Below are positions 45,318 to 55,078 of a stretch of DNA of 64,000 nt, piece by piece. The position numbers were made by a program, and so were the translations under genes. The notes beneath the pieces are model-generated. The model saw only the letters and a program-made list of their open reading frames with translations, had not been told where the DNA came from and ran no database searches. Location of the stretch: positions 38,051 through 102,050 of the forward strand of contig JACDDS010000004.1 of assembly GCA_013816805.1 (NCBI GenBank), in the 5' to 3' direction. The stretch is from Chitinophagales bacterium (GTDB taxonomy: Bacteria > Bacteroidota > Bacteroidia > Chitinophagales > UBA10324). Within the stretch, counting starts at the first letter, position 1. Each line of letters starts with the position of its first letter.

Positions 45318-47261
45318 ATGAGTAAGAGGCAATTACGCCAAAAAGCAGAGACACAGAAAAAACCTAACGCTGCGAAAAGAGAGCCTGGCACCTTTTTTCA
45401 GCATAATCGTTCGCTGTGCCTTGTAATAGCAATTTTTACTTTTCTTGCTTATGCACACTCGTTAAGCAATGGATGGACGGATTGGGACGACGAAGGTTAC
45501 GTATTAAAAAACACATTGGTAAAGACTTTCGATCTGAAAGGCATATTCACCTCGTACGTATTAGGCAATTATCATCCGGTAACGGTTTTAGTGCAGTCAA
45601 TTGAATATCAATTCTTCAGTGATAATGCTTTTGGATTCCATCTTGTTAGCCTGCTGCTGCACATCATTAATTCTCTGCTTGTTTTTTGGTTTACTCTTCT
45701 TCTTACAAAAAATAATAATATAGGGCTCATAGCTGCCATTCTCTTTGCGGTTCACCCCTTGCATGTGGAATCAGTATCGTGGATAGCCGCCCAGAAAGAC
45801 CTCTTATACGTATTGTTTTATTTGGGAGCGCTGATCCAATATGCAAAATATTCCAATGAAGGAAAAATCGATCGAAAGAAATATGTGCTAATCATTCTGC
45901 TGTTTTTGCTGTCACTTTTATCGAAAGGACAGGCAGTAACCTTACCTGTTATTATGATTTTGATAAATTGGTTTCAAAAGAAAAAGATATCGATTCGCAG
46001 TCAGTTAGATAAAGTTCCTCTTTTTATCATCGCGATTATATTTGGGATAGTCGCCATATTTGCACAGCAATCGGTACATGCGGTTCAGGATATAAATGCT
46101 TATTCAGGAACCCAGCGTTCAATGTTTGCCTCTTATGCTATAATTAATTACCTGCAGCGGCTTTTTATTCCTGTTAAGCTTTCTGCCTACTACGCTTATC
46201 CGCAGATTATTGATGGAAAATATTTGGCAATTGTTTATGCTTCGCCTGTGCTGTTGCTGATTATCTCTTTTTTAGTGTTTTATTTTAGAAGAAACACGCT
46301 GTTAGTATTTGGCAGCCTGTTTTTTATCATTAATATTTTTCTGGTGCTTCAGTTTCTTCCGGTAGGAGGAGCCTTGACAGCGGACAGATATTCTTATTTG
46401 TCATTTCTTGGACTATTTATATGGCTCGCTTCAATGGTAGCCAGGGCATGGGAAAATTATAAAGTAAAAAGTGCTGGCATTTTAATAATCATTGCCGCTA
46501 CGTGGGTTATCTTTTTATTTATAGATACTGTTATTCGTTCTGGAGTATGGAAAAACAGTGAAACATTATGGACTAATGTAATAGAAAATTATAAAGGTTT
46601 TCCTATCGCTTACAATAACCTGGGATGGTACTATTTACAGACGAATCAGCTTTTGCTGGCGAAGAGTAATTTTTACGAAGCTTTAAGATTAAATCCCACT
46701 TATGATAATGCACTCATTAACAGGTATTCTGTTTTTAAAAAGTTAAACAACATGGATTCAGCTTTAATAGATGCGAAGAAGGTAATGAAGATAAGACCGG
46801 ATTTGGCAGATCCCTATATGGATCGTGGAGTGTCTTTTGGCATGGCAGAAAAGTTTGACAGCGCTTTGATGGATTTCCACACTGCGTTAAAAATAAAGCC
46901 AAAGTATGCAGATGCTTATCAAAATATTGGAAATTTATATGGAATGAGGAATATGCCTGATTCCGCTATTTCAAACTATCAGCTGGCATTGAAATATGAC
47001 CCAAAAATTACCGGTCTTCACAGTAATCTGGGTTCCTTATACTTGCAGAAACCTGACTATAAATTGTCCATTGAAGAATATACGAAAGCAATTCTTGAAG
47101 ATGGAAGTAATGGAAACAACTATTATGGAAGAATGCAGGCTTTAGAAAAGTCCGGTCAATTCAGTGCCGCATATCAGGATGCCCTGCAAGCGGTAAAGTT
47201 AGGAATAGATATACCGCAGGATTTAATAATTCATTTAAAAAATAAGGCAGGAATAAAGTAA
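45318..47261 (+). CDS. multi-pass membrane protein (PMT_2/DUF1736-like glycosyltransferase-type N-terminal domain) fused to C-terminal TPR repeats
   Basis: 647 aa. About 10 hydrophobic segments follow GWTDWDDEGYVLKN. At least 5 TPR units come next (ALRLNPTYDNA, ALKIKPKYADAY, ALKYDPKITGL). Confidence 0.7.
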   Translation: MSKRQLRQKAETQKKPNAAKREPGTFFQHNRSLCLVIAIFTFLAYAHSLSNGWTDWDDEGYVLKNTLVKTFDLKGIFTSYVLGNYHPVTVLVQSIEYQFFSDNAFGFHLVSLLLHIINSLLVFWFTLLLTKNNNIGLIAAILFAVHPLHVESVSWIAAQKDLLYVLFYLGALIQYAKYSNEGKIDRKKYVLIILLFLLSLLSKGQAVTLPVIMILINWFQKKKISIRSQLDKVPLFIIAIIFGIVAIFAQQSVHAVQDINAYSGTQRSMFASYAIINYLQRLFIPVKLSAYYAYPQIIDGKYLAIVYASPVLLLIISFLVFYFRRNTLLVFGSLFFIINIFLVLQFLPVGGALTADRYSYLSFLGLFIWLASMVARAWENYKVKSAGILIIIAATWVIFLFIDTVIRSGVWKNSETLWTNVIENYKGFPIAYNNLGWYYLQTNQLLLAKSNFYEALRLNPTYDNALINRYSVFKKLNNMDSALIDAKKVMKIRPDLADPYMDRGVSFGMAEKFDSALMDFHTALKIKPKYADAYQNIGNLYGMRNMPDSAISNYQLALKYDPKITGLHSNLGSLYLQKPDYKLSIEEYTKAILEDGSNGNNYYGRMQALEKSGQFSAAYQDALQAVKLGIDIPQDLIIHLKNKAGIK

Positions 47262-47262
47262 A

Positions 47263-47991
47263 TCACCTGATCTTGAGGAGATCCTCAGGAGTATCAATAG
47301 CCACCGTTTCTATTTCAGTTAATGCGGTATGTATTGTAAATCCGCTGGAAAGCCAGCGTAGCTGTTCCAGTGATTCAGCTTGTTCTAAACGGTTTGGTGG
47401 CAATTTAACCAGGTGCAACAATTCCTTAATTCGATACCCATATATACCTATGTGTTTAAAATAGTCTGTAGAATAGACCCATTCTTTTTGAGGCTTATCT
47501 CTCAAGAATGGTATTGGTGAACGGCTGAAATACAATGCTTTTCCGCTGATATCAGTTACACATTTAACTACATTTGAATCGAATAGCTCTTCCTGCTTTT
47601 CAATTTTTTTTATCAGAGTAGCAATTTTAACCGTGTTATCGAGGAAGCAACGGCACAACATCTTTAATTGAGTATGCTCGATAAAAGGCTCATCACCCTG
47701 CACATTTATTATTACTTCAAAATTACCACCGATTTTTTCTGCTGCCTCTGCACATCTACCCGTTCCTGATTGATGATGAAGGGATGTCATTATCACATCT
47801 CCGCCAAAGTTTTCCACTGCTTTTTCAATTCGCATATCATCCGTTGCAACCACTGCTCTTTCAAACAATCCACTTTCCTTTACCCTTTCAAAGACATGCT
47901 GAAGCATGGGTTTGCCATTAATTAATTGCAACGGCTTTCCAGGAAAACGTGTGGAGGCATATCGTGATGGGATGATGGCAAGAAATCTCAA
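47263..47991 (-). CDS. kdsB: 3-deoxy-manno-octulosonate cytidylyltransferase
   Basis: 242 aa with IIPSRYASTRFPGKPL and NVQGDEPF. Confidence 0.95.
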   Translation of the reverse strand: MRFLAIIPSRYASTRFPGKPLQLINGKPMLQHVFERVKESGLFERAVVATDDMRIEKAVENFGGDVIMTSLHHQSGTGRCAEAAEKIGGNFEVIINVQGDEPFIEHTQLKMLCRCFLDNTVKIATLIKKIEKQEELFDSNVVKCVTDISGKALYFSRSPIPFLRDKPQKEWVYSTDYFKHIGIYGYRIKELLHLVKLPPNRLEQAESLEQLRWLSSGFTIHTALTEIETVAIDTPEDLLKIR

Positions 47992-48063
47992 AAAATCTAT
48001 AATTTAAAGGTTGAAGGTAAATTTTTGAAATGAACTCCTGTTTACATAGCTGGCAGAAAAAAG

Positions 48064-48090
48064 AAAAGCTCCTATTGATTGAGAGCTTTT
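48064..48090 (-). terminator. intrinsic terminator (also readable on the plus strand)
   Basis: AAAAGCTC(48064-48071)/GAGCTTTT(48083-48090) forms an 8-bp stem with an 11-nt loop. On the minus strand it is followed by CTTTTTTC. It lies 24 nt below the stop of the decayed T9SS tail. Confidence 0.55.
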
Positions 48091-48114
48091 CCATAATCCA
48101 TTAAAATTACTTTG

Positions 48115-48260
48115 TTACTTCTGATACATGATACGACCGTTATACAGTTTACCGTACGCAATCACCCTAACAAAAATATACTATGGCAGGGTTTGCAATA
48201 ACAGCTGCAAGGGAGATACTGCCACTGTACTCCAAACATTTGTATTGCAATGCAATACGA
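48115..48260 (-). pseudogene. decayed T9SS C-terminal sorting-domain remnant
   Basis: My translation is ...STVAVSPLQLLLQTLP*YIFVRVIAYGKLYNGRIMYQK*, with an in-frame TAG at 48181-48183. Compare the neighbouring intact tail ...GVYFISLAFEGKFYTGQIVYQK*. Confidence 0.45.
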
Positions 48261-48423
48261 TATAATTCCTTTTTTCTTATAATAATTTATTCAGTGAAAG
48301 CATTGCCTAAGGGTACATAGAAATTTTAATGAATAGCAAGTCTTTCATTACGCTTTGGATTTATTAAGCTTCTATACTTTAAGAAAGCAGATCACATATC
48401 CTGAAAAGTTCCTTTCCCAAATT

Positions 48424-51400
48424 TTATTTCTGATAGACTATCTGACCTGTGTAAAATTTGCCTTCAAACGCCAAACTTATAAAGTATACTCCAGAGGGAA
48501 TAGCAGCAGGAAACGTTATATTTTTTTCCAAACCGCCATTAATGACCTGTGAGTTATCAGCATACACTATCTGGTTCAAAGCATTGTAAATTTTCACTAC
48601 AGCGCTCGTATTTCCTTCATCCTTTAATTGAAGCGTGATTCTAAAACTTCCACTGGAAGGATTTGGGTATACAGAAAAAAGGCTGAATGAATTCTCCGCC
48701 ACCATCGCATCTAACCTGCAACCGACTACGGTTTTTGTTTTAGAATATTTGGTGCAACCATCCGGAGTAGTGGCTAAATATTTATAAGTTCCCGGCTGGG
48801 TTGCGGTGTACGTAGAATTAGTGGCTCCTGCAATAGGATTTTTATCTATATACCATTGAAACGAATATCCTGTAACCACTTGTGCATTCAAAATAACAGA
48901 GCCCGTTGAACATATATTCAAATTTCCTGTATTAGTAATTTTTACAGATACAATATAGTTGGCTAAGGTGGTTTTGGGACTCGTGGCTTTACATCCATTG
49001 GCATCAGTGATGATTACAGAATAAGAAGCCTTAACAGAAGTAGTATACGAGCTTTTGGTAGCTCCCGAAATGTTGGTGGATCCTTTTATCCATTGATAAC
49101 TGTATCCGCCTGAAGTATTAGCTGTAAAGGTTTGATTGACTTTTGGACATACCGTTACAGTTCCGGAAGGAGTGATGGTTGCAGTTGGCAAGGGATTTAT
49201 AGTTATAGTGGTTGCAGATGAGGTAGCGGAGCATGAACCTGAGAAAACGGTGACAGTGTACGATCCGGCGGCACTGGCAATAAAGCTTGATGAAGTTGCC
49301 CCTGAAACAGGAATTCCATCCTTATTCCATTGATACGTCAACCCGGATCCGGTATTGGCTTGCAGCGTAACTGTGCTTCCGGCGCAAATCGCTATGGCGC
49401 CTGAAGGATTAACAGATGCGCTAACAATACCTTCATCAGTTTGCCCATTGCAGTTATCATCCACACCATTGCATACTTCCACCGCTCCGGGATAAATATT
49501 TCCGTTGCCATCATTACAATCCCCACTGTTGAAAACATAGCCAGGAGGCTGGCTGCATGACTGAATCGTTACGTTTGCATTTCCATAAGTATCATTGTCG
49601 GCATCGGCATAAAACGTGGTCTTTACACCTTCATCCGTTTGACCATTGCAATTATCATCGATGCCATTGCATATTTCCGAAGCATTTGGATGTACACTGG
49701 CATTACCATCATTGCAATCTGTGTTATTTGCAACATAGCCAGGAGGCTGGCTGCATGACTGAATCGTTGTATTTGAATTACCATAACTGTCCCCATCTGC
49801 ATCGGCATAAAACGTGGTCTTTACACCTTCATCCGTTTGACCATTGCAATTATCATCGATGCCATTACAAACTTCTGCAGCATTGGGATGCACGTTCATA
49901 TTTGCATCATTACAATCCGTATTATCTGCTACATAACCCCCCGGTGGAGTAGGAGACAAGCTCAGGATAGAACTGCCGGAGTTGCCATATCCGTCATTAT
50001 CTGCATCAGCATAATATGTATAAAGAACGCATCCTTCATCAACCTGCCCATTGCAGTTGTCATCAGTTCCATTACCGCAAACTTCCGCTGCACCGGGATG
50101 AACTGATGCATTTGCATCATTGCAATCCGAGTTATCAGATACATAACCTGCCGGGGCGGCACAACGCTGCAGGCTCATAGAAGGAGTGCCATAGCCATCC
50201 CCATCGGCATCAGCATAAAAGACAGATGTTGCAATACCTTCATCTGTCGTACCATTACAGTTATCATCAATGCCGTTGCAGCTCTCCGATGCACCGGGAT
50301 GAACGGTGGCATTGTTATCGTTGCAGTCTGTATTATTGGCAACATATCCTGCAGGTGCAGCACAGGCTGATTGAGCTACTGAAGGATTTCCAAAAGTGTC
50401 TCCATCACTATCAGCATAAAAAGTAAAGGACGTACACGGCGTTATGTTAATGCTATAATCTTCCGTTTCACCATTGGTAAAGGCAACGCACGGATCCACA
50501 GGTTCTGCTGAATATTCCACGCGCACCCGCATCCCTGTAATCCCGGTAAGGGCAGTGATCGGAATACTGATATTGCTATTAAGCGTTTGACCACTTCCAC
50601 TGCCGAGATAGGTTCGTTCATTTGCATCGAAAAAACCGTTATGATTAAAATCAACCCAGATGCTCACGTATTCTGTTCCCCCGTTGCCTACAGTTACTGA
50701 GATTGCAGGATTGGTGCCTTGTGTAGCTGTTGCCGTCGAGGACGTGTAATTGGCATATCCATTTACAGAGCAGGCAGAGCTCTTATTTATTCCCCCAAAA
50801 GTTACATTAGTGATATTATCGTCCTGAGAGCAATCAGAGCCTCCCGGAACGCAGTAACAAACATTGAAGGGGCTCATAGTAACCTGCAATGGTGTTGACA
50901 ATATGGAAAGTCCCGAAAAAGAGCAACCTACCTGGCAGCGATAATAGGTGGCAGTATTTTGCGAAGTAGTATAAGATGCATTTGTCGCACCCGGAATTGA
51001 AGTATACGATGATCCATTGATAGAAGTTTGCCATTGAAATGTAATTCCAATATTTACATAAGATGTACTTAATGATAAAGTGAAAGGAACGGAATTGCAT
51101 GAAGGATTTATGCTGCTCAGCGTGGAGCTTGATGAAGGTGTGCCGCTGCAGTTGACAGCTGTAGCTATAGTTATTCTGAAATCTTTAGTTTCTCCAAAGG
51201 TTTGATCAGAGGAACAGCTGGATGAAGGCAATGCAGAAAGGTTATTGCGTATTCTTAACCGGTGCGTGCCCGCCGCAGCTGTAAGTGATATGGCAATAGA
51301 ACCACTAAGTGTAGTACCGGGGCCACCGCTGTAAACCAGCTCGCCTGCATCTTCGAAAGAAGCATTGTCATTAAAATCAATCCAGATTTTTGCATAGTCA

Positions 51401-52761
51401 TCGGCATCTCCAAGCGTAAGTGTGAAGGTGCTGGTAACACCTTGCGTAGTAGAGGCAGTAGTTCCGATATCTGCATAACCAGGACTGGAAACACAGCCGC
51501 CTCCTGAATAATTAATTCCTGAAAAAGTGAATGCTGAGATTTTATCTCCTCCACAACCACCTTCCGTGGTAAACGGGGTGCAATAGTTTACCGTTTTATT
51601 TCCACCAGGATTTAAAGCAATGGCAGGAACAGATCCCGGGTTGTTAGCACCACCTGATGCAATTATGGTAATGCCGCCGGTATTTATTCTGGCATCCAGA
51701 ATATCATTTACAACTGCTGAAATTTTTATATCAAAAGTGATCCAGACGTAATTTACCCCTGAGATCAGAACTGACGACAGGCCAGTTAAAGTTGCCGATC
51801 CCGAAGAAAATGATTGTCCGCTTCCTATTTGAGTGGTAGGGCCAGAGGAATTACCGATCCAGACTTTAACCCCATTTACAGAAATATCTGCATCATTAGT
51901 ATTTTTAGATATGATGGTTATGGATGAAAGTGTTAATGTTCCCAAAGATCCGTTCACCGGAATATCAACTCTTAAAATGGTATTGTTTATTGTTGCCGGT
52001 GCTGCATTCCCCGTTTGTTGTACAGACGTTATGGTGACTACCGTTTTTGGTGAAGGAATTGGGGGAGTCCACTCAAAAGTTTCACCGGGCAAAGGCTTTA
52101 CTGCGATATTGTAAGTACAGGTAGCACCTGCGGTAGTACCCGCAGTGGTAGCAGCCCAGCTTACAGAGGTAGTTCTGTTATTGAAATCTGCATTGGTAGC
52201 ACCACGAATTCCAACCTGTAAATTTTGAGAAGTTATACCCGGGCAAGATCCGTATACAAACTGAATTTTATTGGTTCCCTCCAATAGCTTTATTTGAAAA
52301 TTAAACTCATTTCCACCCCCTGAACTGAAAAATCCCCAGTTTGTCCATTCAATTGTGAGCACTCTGCTGCCTGCTGCCCCGCTTGTTTGATAGGAAATTT
52401 GAGCACCGGGAGTTACTCCGTATAGGTCATTATTAAATGCTGAAATTACATTATTGGTAAGGCCGGAGCTTATGGCGTTATTACTCGTAACAGGAACAGC
52501 ACCCAGGCTGATAAATCCATTCGCATTGATGCCAAAGGTAGTATAGTCATTTCCGTTATAATTAAATGTAAAACCGATAGGAAATGTGCCGAAGTTATCG
52601 TCATCGGCCGTAATAGCAACTATTACCGTTCCGGCACCTCCTGAGACAGATGAATATAACCCAACAGAAGAGCCAAATGAGTAAGAGGATACCTGGCCAT
52701 AGGTACAGACAGAAAAAATAAATAAAATTGCAAAACAAGGCAGTTTGTAGAGTGTATTCAT
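48424..52761 (-). CDS. giant adhesin-like T9SS cargo: two GEVED-type domains, five MopE-like Cys-rich repeats, Ig-like repeats, T9SS sorting domain
   Basis: The likely start is the ATG at 52761 (MNTLYKLPCFAILFIFSVCTYGQ), not 52890. GETKDFRITI and GETEDYSINI mark the GEVED domains. Five copies of FYADADGDxYG...GYVxNNTDCNDxNAxVHPxAxExCNGIDDNCNGQTDEG follow. The C-terminus reads FSVYPNPSSGSFRI...GVYFISLAFEGKFYTGQIVYQK. Confidence 0.8.
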   Translation of the reverse strand: MNTLYKLPCFAILFIFSVCTYGQVSSYSFGSSVGLYSSVSGGAGTVIVAITADDDNFGTFPIGFTFNYNGNDYTTFGINANGFISLGAVPVTSNNAISSGLTNNVISAFNNDLYGVTPGAQISYQTSGAAGSRVLTIEWTNWGFFSSGGGNEFNFQIKLLEGTNKIQFVYGSCPGITSQNLQVGIRGATNADFNNRTTSVSWAATTAGTTAGATCTYNIAVKPLPGETFEWTPPIPSPKTVVTITSVQQTGNAAPATINNTILRVDIPVNGSLGTLTLSSITIISKNTNDADISVNGVKVWIGNSSGPTTQIGSGQSFSSGSATLTGLSSVLISGVNYVWITFDIKISAVVNDILDARINTGGITIIASGGANNPGSVPAIALNPGGNKTVNYCTPFTTEGGCGGDKISAFTFSGINYSGGGCVSSPGYADIGTTASTTQGVTSTFTLTLGDADDYAKIWIDFNDNASFEDAGELVYSGGPGTTLSGSIAISLTAAAGTHRLRIRNNLSALPSSSCSSDQTFGETKDFRITIATAVNCSGTPSSSSTLSSINPSCNSVPFTLSLSTSYVNIGITFQWQTSINGSSYTSIPGATNASYTTSQNTATYYRCQVGCSFSGLSILSTPLQVTMSPFNVCYCVPGGSDCSQDDNITNVTFGGINKSSACSVNGYANYTSSTATATQGTNPAISVTVGNGGTEYVSIWVDFNHNGFFDANERTYLGSGSGQTLNSNISIPITALTGITGMRVRVEYSAEPVDPCVAFTNGETEDYSINITPCTSFTFYADSDGDTFGNPSVAQSACAAPAGYVANNTDCNDNNATVHPGASESCNGIDDNCNGTTDEGIATSVFYADADGDGYGTPSMSLQRCAAPAGYVSDNSDCNDANASVHPGAAEVCGNGTDDNCNGQVDEGCVLYTYYADADNDGYGNSGSSILSLSPTPPGGYVADNTDCNDANMNVHPNAAEVCNGIDDNCNGQTDEGVKTTFYADADGDSYGNSNTTIQSCSQPPGYVANNTDCNDGNASVHPNASEICNGIDDNCNGQTDEGVKTTFYADADNDTYGNANVTIQSCSQPPGYVFNSGDCNDGNGNIYPGAVEVCNGVDDNCNGQTDEGIVSASVNPSGAIAICAGSTVTLQANTGSGLTYQWNKDGIPVSGATSSSFIASAAGSYTVTVFSGSCSATSSATTITINPLPTATITPSGTVTVCPKVNQTFTANTSGGYSYQWIKGSTNISGATKSSYTTSVKASYSVIITDANGCKATSPKTTLANYIVSVKITNTGNLNICSTGSVILNAQVVTGYSFQWYIDKNPIAGATNSTYTATQPGTYKYLATTPDGCTKYSKTKTVVGCRLDAMVAENSFSLFSVYPNPSSGSFRITLQLKDEGNTSAVVKIYNALNQIVYADNSQVINGGLEKNITFPAAIPSGVYFISLAFEGKFYTGQIVYQK
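49440..50430 (-). repeat. five tandem ~198-nt (66-codon) Cys-rich repeats
   Basis: The same roughly 60-nt string (AAAACGTGGTCTTTACACCTTCATCCGTTTGACCATTGCAATTATCATCGATGCCATTGCA) starts at 49611 and again at 49809, a spacing of 198 nt. Confidence 0.8.
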
Positions 52762-52914
52762 TGCAGAAATAAGGGGTTTGGCAGGAAGAATATCTGTTAC
52801 CAGGCAATACCGCAAAGGAACTCGAAAGGTTCCATTCTTATAATTCGAATTATTGCGTTTTGTTACTATATCTAATGGATTTTTTTTCACAGTGATACTC
52901 TAATTTGGAATTAA

Positions 52915-52922
52915 TAGTTTTG
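52915..52922 (+). promoter_or_regulatory. candidate -7 box (TAGTTTTG) upstream of the 52960 gene
   Basis: Exact TAnnTTTG match, 37 nt before the ATG. Confidence 0.3.
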
Positions 52923-52959
52923 CGACTCTCTAATACTTCAATTAACCAAAACCAAGAAC

Positions 52960-55005
52960 ATGAAAAGAATTATCCTTATAACCGGTTACCTGATTTTATG
53001 TCTTCCTGCAAGCATCCTTTTTGCACAGGCCAGAAAATACGTTTTATTTGAACATTTCACCAACTCCAGCTGTCCTCCCTGCGCTGCATTGAACCCCGGG
53101 TTTGAATCATCCATACTTGATGCCAACAAAAGCACAGTAAGGGGCATCGCCTATCACGGATGGTGGCCCGTGAATAATGACCCCATGTATCTATCCAATA
53201 CATCGCAAAATGCCGATCGTATTAATTATTATGGTGTCACCGGCGTTCCTACCGTTATTGAGATGGGCAGTAAAAAAAATGCTTCTCCAGGAGCATATTC
53301 TCAAATTGATGTAGATGCACAATTAGCTGTTTCTACTTCAGTAAAAATTGAGGTCGCAGATACTGCTTATGGCACCTTGCACAACGTTTTTGTAACAGTG
53401 AGTTCAGTCGGAGACCCTACGTCTGCCGGAACCATTCACCTTCGTACAGCAGTAATTGAGAGAACAGTATTTTATAATGGGGATAACGGGGAAACTGTTT
53501 TTCCAAATGTTATGAGGCTGATGCTTCCTGATACAGATGGTGAGTTGCTTACTCTTCCTGCCAATGGCAGTGATACCACTTTTTATTTTACCTATACTCA
53601 GGATTCTGCATGGAACCCTTCAGAACTTGCAATAGTGGCTTTTGTTCAGGATGATTTCAGTAAAGAAGTGTTTAACTGCGGTTCCTCTTTCGATCCGACA
53701 GCGAATGTAGTCAATAATGAAAATGTAACAAGTGCCGGTATGCCCGGAATAGTTTCGGATTTTAGCTTACAAGCGGAAAACAGTGGAAAAGAAACCGAAA
53801 ACTACCGGTATTCTATTTCCTCTAACGCTCCCTCGGACTGGTCGGCAACCTTCATGGTTAATGGAGTTACTTATTCCGATTCTGCTTTTATAACAATTGA
53901 GCCTGGTCAGTCTCTGCCTATTACTGTTGATGTGACGCCCGGAACAACTCCCGGCTTCGCACAATACACGCTTACTGCAACGTCCGTTTCCCATCCTGAA
54001 GATGATGCTGTAAGCAATACTGTATATGTGATCTCTGGTATCACCGATCTTGTTGTAAATAATGATGGTAATAAAGGAGATGGAGAGGCAGAAAATGCAT
54101 CTCATTGGGAATCCGTGTATCTCCAGGGATTAAGTACTTCGGGTTCGACCACATATACCTCGATGGGCTCGGGAATAGCCACCAAGGCAAGCAGCGAAAG
54201 TTCGCTGGCTGGTGTAAAGAACATTTTTTATAATGTAGGCTGGACGTTCCCCGCTCTTACGGAAGAATGGGCACAGCAATTAGAAAACTTTATGAACGCC
54301 GGAGGCAATCTTTTTATCAGCGGGCAGGACATTGGCTGGGACATTTCAGCTGATCCATCTGCCGGCGGACATGCTTCTCCTCTTTTACAGGATTTTTACA
54401 CCAATTACCTGTTTGCACAGTTTATTGGTGATGGCGACCTCACTAACAGGCCATTGACAGCCAATCCAGTTGATCCTGTGTTTGGCAGTTTGGGTACCAT
54501 CACTCTTATTAATTATTATGGCAATTATTTTTATCCTGATCAGATTGCACCTGCTGGCATTGGAACACCTATATTTTATTATAATAACGACACGAATAAA
54601 GTTGCGGGGGTCCGGGCAGATAACGGGACTTTTAAAGTAGTGTATATTGCTCCGGGTCCTGAAATGATGTCATCCCTGACACGGGATAACGTGATAAAAG
54701 CGGCCTACGATTGGTTTTACGGCATTACAGGAATAGAACAAGTGAACAACGCTTCTGTATTGATTGGTCAGAACTATCCAAATCCGAGTGATGAATTCAC
54801 TTCTATCCTTTTAGGAAATCTGACCAATGATTATACATTCATTTTGACTGATGTTGCCGGAAGGATAATGCTGACTAAAAATGTTTCCAGTAATGCTTCA
54901 TTAATCGAAATCAATACTTCATCATTACCGCAGGGAATTTATTTCTATTGTTTACAGAACGGAAAGGAACACAGTGCATCGAAATCGCTGCAGGTGATAC
55001 ATTAA
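52960..55005 (+). CDS. Omp28-related / thioredoxin-like N-terminal domain protein with a T9SS sorting domain
   Basis: 681 aa. After the signal peptide comes YVLFEHFTNSSCPPCA, a CxxC motif as in Omp28-related proteins. The C-terminus reads IGQNYPNPSDEFTSI...LPQGIYFYCLQNGKEHSASKSLQVIH. Confidence 0.65.
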   Translation: MKRIILITGYLILCLPASILFAQARKYVLFEHFTNSSCPPCAALNPGFESSILDANKSTVRGIAYHGWWPVNNDPMYLSNTSQNADRINYYGVTGVPTVIEMGSKKNASPGAYSQIDVDAQLAVSTSVKIEVADTAYGTLHNVFVTVSSVGDPTSAGTIHLRTAVIERTVFYNGDNGETVFPNVMRLMLPDTDGELLTLPANGSDTTFYFTYTQDSAWNPSELAIVAFVQDDFSKEVFNCGSSFDPTANVVNNENVTSAGMPGIVSDFSLQAENSGKETENYRYSISSNAPSDWSATFMVNGVTYSDSAFITIEPGQSLPITVDVTPGTTPGFAQYTLTATSVSHPEDDAVSNTVYVISGITDLVVNNDGNKGDGEAENASHWESVYLQGLSTSGSTTYTSMGSGIATKASSESSLAGVKNIFYNVGWTFPALTEEWAQQLENFMNAGGNLFISGQDIGWDISADPSAGGHASPLLQDFYTNYLFAQFIGDGDLTNRPLTANPVDPVFGSLGTITLINYYGNYFYPDQIAPAGIGTPIFYYNNDTNKVAGVRADNGTFKVVYIAPGPEMMSSLTRDNVIKAAYDWFYGITGIEQVNNASVLIGQNYPNPSDEFTSILLGNLTNDYTFILTDVAGRIMLTKNVSSNASLIEINTSSLPQGIYFYCLQNGKEHSASKSLQVIH

Positions 55006-55026
55006 AAGTCTGTTAGAAAGTATTTT

Positions 55027-55057
55027 AAAACGGGGCTTGAAACGCTCCGTTTTTTTA
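55027..55057. terminator. bidirectional intrinsic terminator between convergent genes
   Basis: AACGGGGC(55029-55036)/GCTCCGTT(55044-55051) forms an 8-bp stem (one G-U pair) with a 7-nt loop. It is preceded by A-rich sequence (TTTTAAAA), which gives a short U-tract on the minus strand, and followed by T6. Confidence 0.6.
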
Positions 55058-55078
55058 TGTAGTACAGATGGAACGTGA

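Noticed and set aside
49557-49952. A 131-aa His/Cys-rich plus-strand ORF, plus neighbours at 49623-49808, 49837-50106, 49962-50162, 50175-50363 and 50226-50426, that look like metal-binding peptides.
   Set aside because: They lie antisense or out of frame inside the five 198-nt Cys-rich repeats of the giant T9SS gene. Their periodic composition mirrors that repeat. They have no independent start or promoter context.
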